Source of the DNA: the human T2T-CHM13v2.0 reference genome, Homo sapiens
Length of the DNA: 64,000 nucleotides
Assembly: GCF_009914755.1 (NCBI RefSeq)
Contig: NC_060930.1
Reading direction: 5' to 3' (one strand)
Shown here piece after piece: positions 1 to 18,250 of the stretch. Each line of letters opens with the position of its first letter. The first letter of the stretch is position 1. The translations under genes and the position numbers were made by a program. The notes under the pieces are model-generated. The model was given only the letters and a program-made list of their open reading frames with translations. It was not told the origin of the DNA and made no database searches.

Positions 1-230
1 AATATTTATACTTATATTTACATTATAAAATATAATTATAATATATTATAATTATATAAAATTATTATATATAATATATAACATATAACATATTATTAAT
101 ATAACATATAATAATATATAATATATTATTAATATAACATATATGTTATATATTGTATATAATATAACATAAAATAATACATTATTATATATTGTATATA
201 ATATATAACATAATTATATAATAACAATAT
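1..230. repeat. AT-rich low-complexity / degenerate (TA)n tract
   Basis: Almost exclusively A/T with recurring ATATAACAT/ATATTAT units. Confidence 0.9.
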
Positions 231-1029
231 TCAAAACTTGTATATATTGCAGGACACAAATAAAGGTGTTAGACTGTTCTTGGTGTCCATTATTTTGTAA
301 CTTTCACTTCAAAAATACGTGTGTGTATGTGGTGTACGTGTGTGTATTTAAGCAAGACTTTTACTCATTGTATAGAAAATATTGTTCAACATGCACTGAA
401 ATGATGGCATGCATCTCTGCCATCCAAAGGCAGACATAATTCTGCATGTCTTTCACATATTTTATTCTTTCTGAAGAATCTAAAAGCACACAACTTTTAA
501 GTTAAAGCATATTAAATGGATATATATAATGAATATGCGTAATATAATGAATATACAAAGTACAACATTTACATTAAAGAGTATAAAGTGAGTATGTATA
601 TTATTATATATACTGGTCCCATACACAGTATCTTCTTATTCTATGGGTACATCCATGTCATTATATTTTTTAAAGCTTTCCAGTTGTTGTAAGTTGCAGA
701 GAGATTTGACAACCAATGGTCTAGCCATAATCTTCAAGCCTGAAGATTTTTTTTTAAAGACCTATTGGTACTTTGTTATTTTTTCATCATCTCTTATTTT
801 GATTGTTGCTACCTTGGATAATTCACAGATATTCTCAGATTAAAAGTTGTTTGCTCTTGAATTTACTCTGTATCTTGCGGACAATACTAATGAAAATGTG
901 ATTGGAAAGACCCAGAGCATCAATGTTATCTCCTGCCAAGGCTGACAATCAACTTTGCCCCCAGTGGCATTTATTTTTCTACAGGCAAGTTGGGACCCAC
1001 ATCTTAGACTGCCATCCATAGGCAGAGAT

Positions 1030-1330
1030 AATTTAAAACTCCATGTTGGATATTTTCATGTAAGCTCTCCTATTAACATTACACTCTATAACACAAAATT
1101 GGCTTAGGCAAACACTTTCCATTAACCAAACCTAAACCTTTAATGCTCCCAATTAGCTGAAGAGACTTCTTGAGTCACCATTTACTTCTCTCTCAAGGGT
1201 CCCTCTATTAGTTCTATTTCTCAAATATTTATAGTGCAGTCCCCCTTTTCTATTTCATTTGTCATTGAATTCAGACCCTCATTATCTCTTACATTTTTTG
1301 TTGACCTAATTGTTAACTCCCAGGTGTATC
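1030..1330 (+). mobile_element. Degraded L2 LINE fragment
   Basis: Pyrimidine-rich L2-like motifs (ttcagaccctcattatctctt, gagtcaccatttacttctctc); boundaries approximate. Confidence 0.4.
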
Positions 1331-2244
1331 ACATTCGTGTGTCTCATTTTGCTTTTCTAATGGGTAATGGTATGTATTAAATGGTATCTTTTAGATATAT
1401 TCAAAAGGTAATGTAACAGTTTTATTTTTAAGTGTCAACATGTACAATGTTTTAGAAATTACCACCTTTGAAATATTTAAACTAATAAATATTAGATGGC
1501 ATCTTAAAAATATGTAGGGCTGTCAACGGTTTTTCAAAATACTTTTGGGGGTTAGAAATGCAAAAGCAATGAAAACCACTACTCTACTTCTATTACAAAT
1601 CTTTTAAGATACATGTTATTATAACCTTGAAAGTGCTGATTCATACCATGAATATTATTTAGTTAATATTAATAAGCAGAATTTTATATAACATTTAATA
1701 TTTTTATCAGAAAGTAATTTTCTAAATTAAATGGTTATAAAAATACAGTATTTTAATGTAAATATTTTACAATATCCTAATTTCTCCACCAACTTTTTCA
1801 TTGTAAAATTTTTTGTATATTATATAAACATGCTATATATGTATATAATAATTTTTGTATATAATAATTACAGAAAATTACCATATACACCATATACACA
1901 TATAGCATGCATGTTTAGTAAAGACAAGAAAAAATTAGCCTACTATCTGACTACTATATTTCCTCTGGAAGAAGCTATGTTTGTTCAAGAGGCAATTTGA
2001 CATTTTATATTTGCAAAAGCTTATCAGCAAATATCAGGAACAAACATCAGATGTGAGCTAGCAAAGACAAGAAAACATCAAATTCGAATGAGGCAGCTTA
2101 ATAATAAAACATATAGCAGGGTACATATCACCCATGGGGTCATAGCCAAACAATTTGAAGAGGAAGAGTTAATATATTTTAATAGTCACCTATAACTTAT
2201 TGTAGTGTATTCCCATACTGTTATCCAAAATTTGTAGTTAACAT

Positions 2245-2290
2245 AAGGACAGAATGGAAAGAATGAAAGGACAGAATGGAAAGAATGAAA
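2245..2290. repeat. 22-bp tandem duplication
   Basis: aaggacagaatggaaagaatga repeated at 2245 and 2267. Confidence 0.9.
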
Positions 2291-2844
2291 TAAGTGAAAA
2301 AACCCCTGAAATATTAGAAATCTTCCAAATTTAATAAACATAGGTATCTTGAAGTAGGTATACCATGTTCTCTGGACCTCCACATAGCAAGACCCTGGAG
2401 ATAGTTGGTCAGGGTGCTCAATTTCCCAAAATATATAAAGTTTGAGGCAATTTTATTTTAAATTTCACAGGGACAGAATGCCTTCAGTAGATATGACTTA
2501 TATATAATTAGCCTGACTGAAATGAAATGAAATAAATACTGTGTTAATTAAGTTAATTTTATTTCTATAGTCTGTTGTAAAAGTTTCCTTTGGTAACTGT
2601 TAAAAATGTGTTGTGATTTTAACAGTCCTCTGCATGAAGTACAGTTTAAATAATTTTGTAAAAATGTGATATTAATTGGCTAAGACTTCCAAAGCAATTA
2701 TAATATCTGTGGGTGGTTTGAAGCTGATACTGATCATTGATGCTTCATGAAGTTTAATAAAATGGTACTTTTTTTGCCTGAATACATTCTAAGCCAGTGA
2801 GCCATGTAGTACCACTTTTTCAGCAACACTTACAGAATTCATAC

Positions 2845-3040
2845 AATGTTAGTTCTAGAAAGAATTAAGTATCCTTTCATCCAACTGCTTCTTTTTACTG
2901 ATAAAGAAATTGCAGTCGAGAGAATTTGAATAAATTGTTCAAACAATTATATAACAAGCCCTGGCTTGTGAGACAATCTTGAATTTATGTCTCCAGCTTC
3001 CTAGTTTAGTACATACTCATTTCAACACAAAACACTGCCA
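2845..3040 (-). mobile_element. MIR-family SINE fragment
   Basis: ttttactgataaagaaattgcagtcgagagaattt resembles the reverse MIR core (ttttacagatgaggaaactgaggc). Confidence 0.5.
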
Positions 3041-3512
3041 AGGTTTTAGTGAAAAAGATATCAGTAATTCATTACCAATTATACAAGTTGCAAAATTAAA
3101 TCAAAATATCTCAGAAATTCAGTAGAATATTCAATAATTATTTCAAGTTCATTACTAAATATGTAGTCATATTACAGAGTAATTGCAGGAGAAAATTAAT
3201 ATAAAACTATGTTATATTTTTTATTTTTGTTAATTTAATATTCAGCTACATTTTCATGTATGATCAAAATTTATTTGTTATAGAAAACCATTCAATTTCA
3301 GCAATATTTTATAAAGCATAGTATCTCTTCGGAAATATATAACAAAATTAAGACTATCAATCTCCAAAAGTTAATTCTGCAGTTTTTTTTTTCTAAAGAA
3401 AACCCCACTTTCCAATTGACAACCATTATGACATTGTACACAGAGAATATAAAAATTTAGTTAACTAATGCATGGCACTTAAAACTGTGAATCAGATTCA
3501 GGTTTGCTATGA

Positions 3513-6107
3513 AGTTAGAGTAGGCAGATAGGCAGATAATAGTAGGGCAGGATAGTGCCCCAAGTAATGTCAGGTGACTGTCTTGTAATTGTCAGGTGGC
3601 CCCTTAATTGTGGGCCACAACTCCCAATAAAATCCTAAGAATTGAGCAAACATGTGGCAGATGACATGATTGTATATTTAGAAAACCCCATCGTCTCAGC
3701 CCAAAATCTCCTTAAGCTTATGAGCAACTTCAGCAAAGTGTCAAGGTACAAAATCAATGTGCAAAAATCACAAACAATCTTATACACCAATAATAGAGAG
3801 CCAAATCATGAGTGAACTCCCATTCACAATTGCTACAAAGAGAATAAAAATACCTAGGAATACAACTTACAAGGGATGTGAAGGACCGCTTCAGGGAGAA
3901 CTACAAACCACTGCTCAAGGAAATGAGAGAGGACACAAACAAATGGAAAAACATTGCGTGCTCATAGATAGGAATAACCAATATTGAAAAAATGGCCATA
4001 CTGCCCAAAGTAATTTATAGATTCAATGTTATCCCCATTAAGTAATCATTGACTTTCTTCAAAGAGTTAGAAAAAAACTACATTAAATTTCATATGGAAC
4101 CAAAAAAGAGCCCATATAGCCAAGACAATCCTAAGCAAAAAGAACAAAGTGGGAGGCATCATGCTCCCTGACTTCAAACTATCCTACAAGCCTACAGTAA
4201 CGAAAATAGCATGGTACTGGTACCAAAACAGATATACAGAGCAATGGAACAGAACAGAGGCCTCAGAAGTAATGCCACACATCTACAGTCATCTGATCTT
4301 TGACAAACCTGACAAAAACAGGCAATGGGGAAAGGATTCCCTATTTAATAAATGGTGTTGGGAAAACTGGCTAGCCATATGCAGAAAACTGAAACTGGAC
4401 CCCTTCCTTACACCTTATACAAAAATTAACTCAAGATGGATTAAAGCTTTTAACATAAGACCTAAAACCATAAAAACCCTAGAAGAAAACCTAGGCATTA
4501 CCATTCAGGACATAGGGATGGGCAAAGACTTCACGACTTTTAAAACACCAAAAGCAATGGCAACAAAAGCCAAAATTGACAAATGGGATCTAATTAAACT
4601 AAAGAGCTTCTGCACAGCAAAAGAAATGATCATCACAGTGAACAGGCAACCCACAGAATGGGAGAAATTTTTCTCAATCTATCCATCTGACAAAGGGATA
4701 ATATCCAGAATCTACAAGGAACTTAAACAAATTTAAAAGAAACAAACAACCCCATTAAAAAGTGGGTGAAGGATATGAACAGACACTTCTCAAAAGAAGA
4801 CATTTATGTGGCCAACAAACATATGAAAAAAAGCTCACCATCACTGGTCATTAGATAAATGCAAATCAAAACCACAATGAGATACCATCTTACGCCAGTT
4901 AGAATGGCGATCATTAAAAAGTCAGGAAACAACAGATGCTGGAGAGGATATGGAGGAATAGGAATGCTTTTACACTGTTGGTGGGAGTATAAATTAGTGC
5001 AACCATTGTGGAAGACAGTGTGGCAATTCCTCAAGGATCTAGAACCAGAAATACCATTTGACTCAGCAATCCCATTACTGGGTATATACCCAAAGGATTA
5101 TATATCATGCTACTATAAAGACACATACACATGTATGTTTATTGTGGCACTGTTCACAATAGCAAAGACTTGGAACCAACCCAAATGCCTATCAGTGATA
5201 GGCTGGATAAAGAAAATGCGGCACATATACAACATGGAACACTATGCAGCCATAAAAAAGGACTAGTTCATGTCCTTTGTAGGGACATGGATGAAGCTGG
5301 AAACCATCATTCTCAGCAAACTAACACAGGAACAGAAAACCAAACACCACATGTTCTCACTCATAAGTGGGAGTTGAACAATGAGAACATACGGACACAG
5401 GGAGGGGAACATCACACACCAGGGCCTGTTGTGGGGTGGGGGGCTAGAGGAGTGATAGCATTCAGAGAAATACCTAATGTAGATGATGGGTTGATGGGTA
5501 CAGCAAACCACCATGGCATGTGTATACCTATGTAACAAACCTGTACATTCTGCACATGTATCCCAGAACTGAAAGTATTAAAAAAAAAAAAGAATTGAGC
5601 AAACATATTCAGCCATGGCCAGTAAAGGGCAAAATGTTGGAATTTGACTTTCCTTGGGGACATGTATAGGTGTTTACAGTAAGGGTCAAAATGGTGGAGT
5701 TTGACCTTCCACCAGATGCACTAGACTGGTAAGGGAAAATTTCCCCAAGAGAGCATGCCTGTAACTTCAACCACCAAGTGGCGCACTCAGCTCCTCCAGT
5801 ATACTGGCAAGTCACTGAGCATGCAGTGATTAGCCAACAGCTCACACAAGGGGAAGGATGAGGGGACAAGACCTCGAAAAAAAAAAGAACAGGAAATAAC
5901 AATTCTTTAAGAGCCTTGAACCAACAATCAGGTAGGGCACTCAATCTGTTGAGTTGCCCACTTGGTTTCTTCCAAGTGTGTTTTTCTTTGCATCAGTAAA
6001 CTCTCATTTCTGCCTTAAATCTACTTTTGTGTGTTGGCTGAATTCTTTCTCTGAACAAGACAAGAATTGAGGACTGCAGAGTCTACCCAGACTTGCCACC
6101 AGTAACA
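3513..6107 (+). mobile_element. MER50-family ERV1 solo LTR, split by an L1PA7 (LTR parts 3513-3653 and 5590-6107)
   Basis: Start gttagagtaggcag..gggcagga..aatgtcaggtgac; internal gactggtaagggaaaa, gagcatgc, caaaatggtggagttt; ends ...ccagtaaca. Confidence 0.75.
3654..5589 (+). mobile_element. 5'-truncated LINE-1, L1PA7-like (ORF2 3' half, 3'UTR, poly(A))
   Basis: ORF2 remnants (4149-4736, 4859-5266); 3'UTR ctaacacaggaacagaaaacc / gaaatacctaatgtagatga; perfect 17-bp TSD aagaattgagcaaacat at 3637-3653 and 5590-5606. Confidence 0.95.
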
Positions 6108-6159
6108 AAAGTTAAAAAACAAAAACAAACAAACAAAAACCTCTATATTTAATCATGGT

Positions 6160-6290
6160 GTCATCAGCCTAGCTCTATGACCTTAAGAAGCTAACTTAAC
6201 ATGTTAGAGCCTAAATTTCATCATCTAAAAAGTGAGAAAATTATACACAATGAATTCAGAGTTTCCTTCTTCTCTAGGTTTATATGATTT
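6160..6290 (+). mobile_element. MIR/MIR3 fragment
   Basis: tgaccttaagaagctaacttaac..gagcctaaatttcatcatctaaaaagtg matches the MIR core. Confidence 0.55.
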
Positions 6291-6425
6291 AGTAGTTTAA
6301 AAAATCATATCCAAAGAGTTAGCTCAGAAATTAACAGAAAGTACAAAATTACAATATGACTGCATTTTTAAAAATCAAAGAAAATTTGTTTACCACAGAA
6401 ACATAGGTTAAATTACTTAGCACAT

Positions 6426-6853
6426 CATCATGATTTTAATATGTCCCCCCAGATTTCATGTGTTGGAAACTTACTCCCCAGTTCAAGTGTTGGTAGATGG
6501 GGCCAAATAAAGGTGCTTAGATCATGAGGGCTCTGCCCTCATGAATGGATTAATGCTGTTATTGTGGGAATGGATTGTTACAAAATCTAGCTCAGTCCCT
6601 TCTTGCTCTTGCCCTCTCTTGTCCTTCCACCTTCTGCCATGAGAAAACATTGCAAGAAGGCTGTCACCAGATCCAGGCACTTCAACCTGGGAATGCCCAC
6701 TCTTCAGAACTGTCAGAAATATATATGTGTATGAATAATATATATATATACATATATACACACATATATATAATATAAACATATAAATTAAATATAAGTT
6801 ACCTGTTCTAACAGATACATTTTCTAAAATGGTGACCAAAATGAAATGAAAAA
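6426..6853 (+). mobile_element. MaLR solo LTR (MSTC/MSTD-like) with internal (TA)n expansion
   Basis: ttcatgtgttggaaactta..catgagggctctgccctcatgaatggattaatgc..gcaagaaggc..caccagat; TA tract 6720-6795. Confidence 0.8.
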
Positions 6854-7363
6854 GTATTTATATTTGTATAGTAATAAAAGAGAAGTAAAAATTTTAAATT
6901 ATAAATTGATGTTTATTAAATATATATTATTAGTCAACATTCTATCTAAACTCTGTAGTCTAAAAAGAGTAGGTAATAAAAATGATGCAGCTTTTTAAAT
7001 AAGGCCAGATGATCGCTGAATGTCTTCTAATATTCCACTGAAGGATTGCTTCAAAAATTCAAGTCCAGTAAGGATTATTTAGGTTTCTAGGAAATGTATC
7101 ATTATTTTATTTTTCATATTTGCTGTTAATGAAAGCCTTACACTTGGTGAAGTTATATGTTAACCTCTAGTTTTCAGACCAATTAAAATAAATTTTGGTA
7201 GTAAAAAAGATAAACCCTAGCGGATTTATAGTTATGCAGGGTTTTAACCAGTTTCTTTTCTAAGCTAGTTATATTATTCAAATACTGTCTTTGAATATTG
7301 CTCCCTTAAGTGGGCCTCTCTGGACCCTTAACTGAACTCATAATTGCCTAATTAGCTTGCTAA

Positions 7364-7986
7364 TGTTGTGGCTCAGAAAACAATACCCCAAAATATGACA
7401 TTTTGACATGCTGAACTGAAGATGAAGCTCAGGTTCTCTGATTTTTCCCCACCTCTCCATGTATCTCCCACAGATGTTGAAGTTTCCGTTTTCCCACCTA
7501 GAACAATAATTATTTTTTCTTCCCCCTCCCTATTACCTCATTATCTATTGCAGAAAAGAAGATCAAGAGTAACAACTCCTGAACAAACCCTTTTACAATT
7601 ATGATGACTGTCTCTGAGGATTATTTAAATCCCCAACTGAACTATTTACAAGTTAATCTGTGTTCCTGATCCATATCCATTCATTCCTCCCTAGAAACCA
7701 TTTATTGTCCTTCAATAGAATTCCTCTTCTCCCCTCTCCCATAACCTGTTTTACCAGAATCTGAGCTCCCACTTTCTTTTTTTCTTTTTTTTCTTTTTTT
7801 TTTTGTAACCTCAAGATGGTATATAAGCTTCCTCATAACTCGTTGGAAAGTTGGGTCTTCATTTTAAAGGCTTCTGTGTATATACACTAAATACATTTGC
7901 ATGCCATTTTTCTTATCAGTCTATCTGCCTCATGTCAGGGATTTTTCAATGACTCTTTAAGGGACCAAGAGCCCAAGGCCCCCTCA
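7364..7986 (+). mobile_element. ERV1 MER4-group solo LTR (MER39-like)
   Basis: TG...CA ends; tgttgtggctcagaaaacaataccccaaaatatg start; 4-bp TSD ctaa/ctag. Confidence 0.75.
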
Positions 7987-8324
7987 CTAGCTATTTAAAC
8001 AATTAAATAAACTTTTTAACACATGTTTATGTTTTACATAAGTGAAAATTATACTTTAAATTAAAAACAGAAAATAATAGCAAAAGAGTTGAGCATGACT
8101 TTTCAATGACAAAATTAGACTAGGAAATTTCTATGTAGTCATGTCCTCCAAGCTGCTTTTGTTTCGAAAGTGGCTCACTTATTTGATTTTCTCAGGAGAA
8201 GCAGTTGAGAAACAGTGCTGTGTATGTCAGGCTGTCTTTTCTAATTGACAAAAGTTACTCATGACTTATCTCAAGAATACAAAATTGAAGAATTAGAGAC
8301 AAATGTACGTATAAAAAACACTGA

Positions 8325-9457
8325 TGAAACCACATTTGCAAAAATGATCACAGTGAGAATATTATGACAGTGAAAGTGATCTGACCTGAGTCCATCTTGC
8401 CTCTAACTTCCAAACTGTCCTTGTTCATCCCTGGGCATAGGCCAAACTAACTTTGTGAGGAACTTAGTTTACAATTTAACTTTGAGACAACGATGATAAC
8501 TGTCAGGCCTCTGAGCCCAAGATAAACCATCATATCCCCAGTGACCTGCATGTATACATCCAGATGGCCTGAAGTAACTAAAGAATGACAAAAGAAGTGA
8601 AAATGTATTGTTCCTGCCTTAACTGATGACATTACCTTGTGAAATTCCTTCTCCTGGCTCATCCCGGCTCAAAAGCTCCCCCACTGAGCACCTTGTGACC
8701 CCCGCCCCTGCCCAGGGAGAACTACCCCCTTTGACTGTAATTTTCCTTTACCTACCCAAATGCTATAAAACGGCCCCACCCTTATTTCCCTTCACTGACT
8801 CTTTTTCGGACTCAGCCCGCCTGCACCCAGATGAAATAAACTGCCCTGCTGCTCACACAAAGCCTGTTTGGTGATCTCTTCACACGGACACCAGTGAAAA
8901 TAACAGTTTTTCGAAAACAAATCTTCTTCTTGCCTGGGGACCAGACTGCCATTGTAGGACTAACAAATTAGCTACATGATTACAAATTATGGCTTAGGAG
9001 CCATGCAGCTGGTGGCCACAAGATTCCGAACCTCCTCAGTTGTTCCCAGGGTTAACACCACTCTCCTAAAACCTAAGATTGGTGCTCAAGATATTCTTCA
9101 GACTCTGCACTCAGTGGATCAGTTGCCCCCACCCAAATCAATAAACTGGCTCATCTGGTTTTGTGGTCTCAACCCAGGATCTGACTCAACACAAAGGACA
9201 GCTTTGATTCCCTCTGATTTTATCTCCAACCCGACCAATCAGCAATGCTCACTCCCTGGCCCCCTACCTGCCAAATTATCCTCAAAAAGATCCAGTCTCT
9301 GAATTGGGGGTGAGACTAATTTGAGTAATAATAAAACTCAGGTCTTCCTTTCAGACTGCTCTGTGTGAATTAAGCTCTTTCTCTATTTTAATTCTTTTAT
9401 CTTGATAAATCAGCTCAATCTAGGCAGCAGGCAAAATGAACCTGTTGAGTGGTTACA
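8325..9457 (+). mobile_element. LTR8A (ERV1) solo LTR, interrupted by LTR7
   Basis: tgaaacc..tttgcaaaa start, ccatcttgcctctaac, gagtaataataaaactc, ggttaca end; 4-bp TSD ctga at 8321-8324 and 9458-9461. Confidence 0.9.
8501..8899 (+). mobile_element. HERV-H LTR7 solo LTR
   Basis: tgtcaggcctctgagcccaag start, ctataaaacggccccacc TATA region, aataaa, ..cacacggac..gtgaaa end; 5-bp TSD ataac at 8496-8500 and 8900-8904. Confidence 0.95.
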
Positions 9458-10453
9458 CTGATGTGGAAGGACAAGGGAGTTGGAATGAGGGAAAGAGGAG
9501 TCAGCCATGAAAGAAAGATTCAAATATTCTAAGTATGGACTCTTATTCCAACCTCAATGCCTGGCAGGTTTTCAGCTCTAGGTGTGTGGGGATAGGTGGA
9601 AAATAAAAAATAAAAAAAAAAAAGTTATTTTCCTCTAGGGAAAAAGTAAAAGGTATTCAAGGGGATAGATTTCCTCCTCCAATTCTGCCAGTATACTCGA
9701 GATTACTGAACAATTTCCCTACCAACTAAATGAAGCTTGCAAAGAAAGAAGAGCCTAGACCTTTCTTAAGAATGGTAATGAATTAGCATCATAAATAGCC
9801 TATGCAGAAAACATGCTGAATTATGCTTAGCAAATAGGTTCTCTATACTCTTCAATGATTTACTAGGACGTTTTTTGGGAACTCATCAGCAAGTCATTTT
9901 GAAGTTATTATGCTGTGATTAACTGCTGTGCCATTTTTCCCCTCAAAATTCATGAAAAATGCAGAGTTACTATCTACTTCACCCACTGTATGAGTTTCAC
10001 AACTGACTTTTATCATGATCTCTCATGCTGGGTTTATAGATTGCTTGAACTGGGGGTGAGAACTCCTGCTGATACTGTCACAGAGCAGTCTAGTTAGGTT
10101 CCACTAAGTGAATCTGTTAAAACTGTCAACAAAAAATAGCCAATAACTTTTAAGATAAACAGAGATGGACTCTTTCCTACAGTGTATCTAGAAATGGAAG
10201 CTGAATAAAGTCTCAATAAAAAGAAAGGTTTTGTTTATTTTCATTCCTTTCCTTTTGCATTATTGTTTGGACTGCTTCTGGAAACTTCAGCCTTAGAAAT
10301 AAATAGAAGTGAATACCTTTTAAAATGAATGTCTTCAGTAGATTAAAAGTAACTGAAGATTTTTTTCAATGTATTTTTTACTTGCTCCTTTGTTTATATT
10401 CTAAAAGAAATGTACTTGGAGGCCATATGTTTTAGAAACTCCATTACACATGT

Positions 10454-10520
10454 ACATTTGTTTCTCGTTATTCACATCAGTTATGTTCTGTAAGGTTGCC
10501 ATAAATACTGAATAATTGCT
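10454..10520. mobile_element. TcMar-Tigger terminal fragment (MER46C-like)
   Basis: ttctcgttattcacatcagttatgttctgtaaggttgccataaatactgaat resembles a Tigger-family terminus. Confidence 0.4.
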
Positions 10521-10557
10521 TTGGTGGGGCGGGAGAATATATATTACACATATTATA

Positions 10558-11123
10558 CTTTAGAAAAACAATAGTTTTCATTCTATCCTTCTAGGCTTTC
10601 AGCTGGGGCATTTGTAAAAAAAGACAGATTAACAAGAGAAAAACAAACATGTATATCTCATACATACATGGGAGAAAAGACAGGGCAATCAACTCTCAAA
10701 GGGGTAGCTCAGCATTTAAACTTAAATACCATCTTCAGCTAAAATATATATATATAAAAAGAGAAGGATATCTGAGAGGTAAGTTATGGCAAGGTGACCA
10801 TGAAAACCAAGGTGAACAAGAATAAAAGTTGATAGGCAGATTTACGTCAGTGCCTTCTCCATAGATAAAATTACCTTGTGATTTAGAGTCATATACTGTT
10901 TCTGGTACAGAGAAGGATAGACTTTTACAAATAGAAATTTCCTTTATAAATATACTTTTCCCTTATAAAAGTGTAATTTCTACTCTGGCTTTAGAGTTTC
11001 TATTATATCTGCTGTTTCTCAAAATAATCTTCTAGGTCAAAAAAAGTGTATATTTTATTTTGGGATGACATAATCTGGTCTCCTATAGCCATAGTCCCGG
11101 GTAACATATTCTGATCCACTATA
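10558..11123 (-). mobile_element. MER34-family ERV1 solo LTR
   Basis: Reverse complement reads taggagaccaga..cccaaaat..gattattttgagaaacagcag..gactctaaatcac..atggagaaggcactgac..aaatctgc; start motif duplicated at 11088-11123. Confidence 0.75.
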
Positions 11124-11139
11124 ATATAAATTCCATGTA

Positions 11140-11970
11140 CTATGATCAGTTGCATTTCTAAACAACAATAGTTCGATAATGAAATTTTTCAAATGCTTTT
11201 GATAAAAATGTATAATGCCCAAGTTCAGTCTATATAGAAAGCTTTTATAAAAAACATTTTTTAAAAAACCTTCGAAAAACAGTAAAGAAGATCCAAATCA
11301 ATGAAAATATATGTTTATGGATATAGGGTTTAATACATTCAAGATGTCAATTATGCCTAAATTTATCAATAGATTTTAAGAAATTTCAATCAAATTTTCA
11401 GCAGATCATTTGTAAAACTTGAAAAGATGTAATGAGATGCATATGGAAAGGCAAAAGCCCAAAGTTACAAACATTAAATAATTTTTTTTAAGGAACATTA
11501 CCTAAAATGAGAAAGGAAAATCTTCTCTGGTGAATATCAAAACATGAAAAGCTATGCTTGTAAGATACCATAATTTTACTCCATTAATTCCTTTTAAATC
11601 AATTCATGAAACAGAATATGGCGTTTAATTATTGAATAAATATGACAGTGTAGACAAGCTGGAAAATTATAGACTCTTCAATAAATCATGCTGGAATAAC
11701 TGTATATCCTTACGGAGATACAAATTTATATAGCAGTCTTTCATATTCAAAAATCAATTTCTTGTAAATTAAATACATGTATGTGAAACATAATGTTAAA
11801 AACTTTTAAAATATATGTCTTGGTTCTAGATAGAGAAACAGTTCTTTAAAAAGGCACAGAAGCCAAAAATAATAATAAACAATGTTGTTAAGTCTCAGAA
11901 AATACAAATCATAAGTAAAGAAAATTAAATGATAAGCCACAAATTAGAAGAAATTTTTGTCATACATGAA
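11140..11970 (+). mobile_element. Ancient L1M (L1ME-like) ORF2 fragment
   Basis: aagatgtcaattatgcctaaatttatcaatagatt, atatggaaaggcaaaagccc, cttcaataaatcatgctggaataactg. Confidence 0.6.
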
Positions 11971-12048
11971 AAATCCATGTGGGGAAGGATAAATTATATT
12001 TCTTTCTACTAGTTTTATCATATGCAGGGGAAATGAAATTAAAATATA

Positions 12049-12263
12049 CAGTCATGTGCCACATAAGAGTATTTCAGTCAATAATGAACCGTATATAAGA
12101 TGGTGATCAGAGCAACAGGCGATACCATGTAGTCTAGGTATGTAGTAGTCAGTACCATCTCGGGCTGTGTAAGTATACTCTTGGATGTTCATACAATAAT
12201 AGCAAAATTGTCCAACAATGCATTTCTCAGAATGTGTACCTTTTGCTAAGCGAAACATTAATA
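12049..12263 (+). mobile_element. Tigger3 (Golem) non-autonomous deletion derivative
   Basis: TA|cagtcatgtgccacataa 5' end; gcatttctcagaatg..taagcga 3' end. Confidence 0.8.
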
Positions 12264-12581
12264 TATTTATATATGTACTCCCCCATTAGTTTTATGTTTT
12301 ATACAGGAACATCTATTTTAAAAATTGCAAAAAAACCATGATTAAGCATTTTAAAAATCTATTTGCATGCTTTCCATTAAACAAAACTACATTTTTCTCC
12401 AGGCAGCTTATACCTGCTTTTTGATAGATGTTATCAAGACAATTGATGATTTACTTCAATGGGCTGAGGAGATAATTCCATGGAAGCTCTTAAAGATCTA
12501 ATATGTGTGCTTCTGAAACATCTATAATTTAGCCTTTATGGTTATGTTAATATAGGCAATGAGAATCAGGAAATTCACCTT

Positions 12582-18250
<5,669 letters not shown>

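Noticed and set aside
4149-5535. 195-, 135- and 134-aa ORFs
   Set aside because: L1PA7 ORF2 C-terminal remnants and alternate frames
5771-5784. CTCF-like ccaccaagtggcgc in MER50
   Set aside because: Mismatch at the near-invariant G of the central AG
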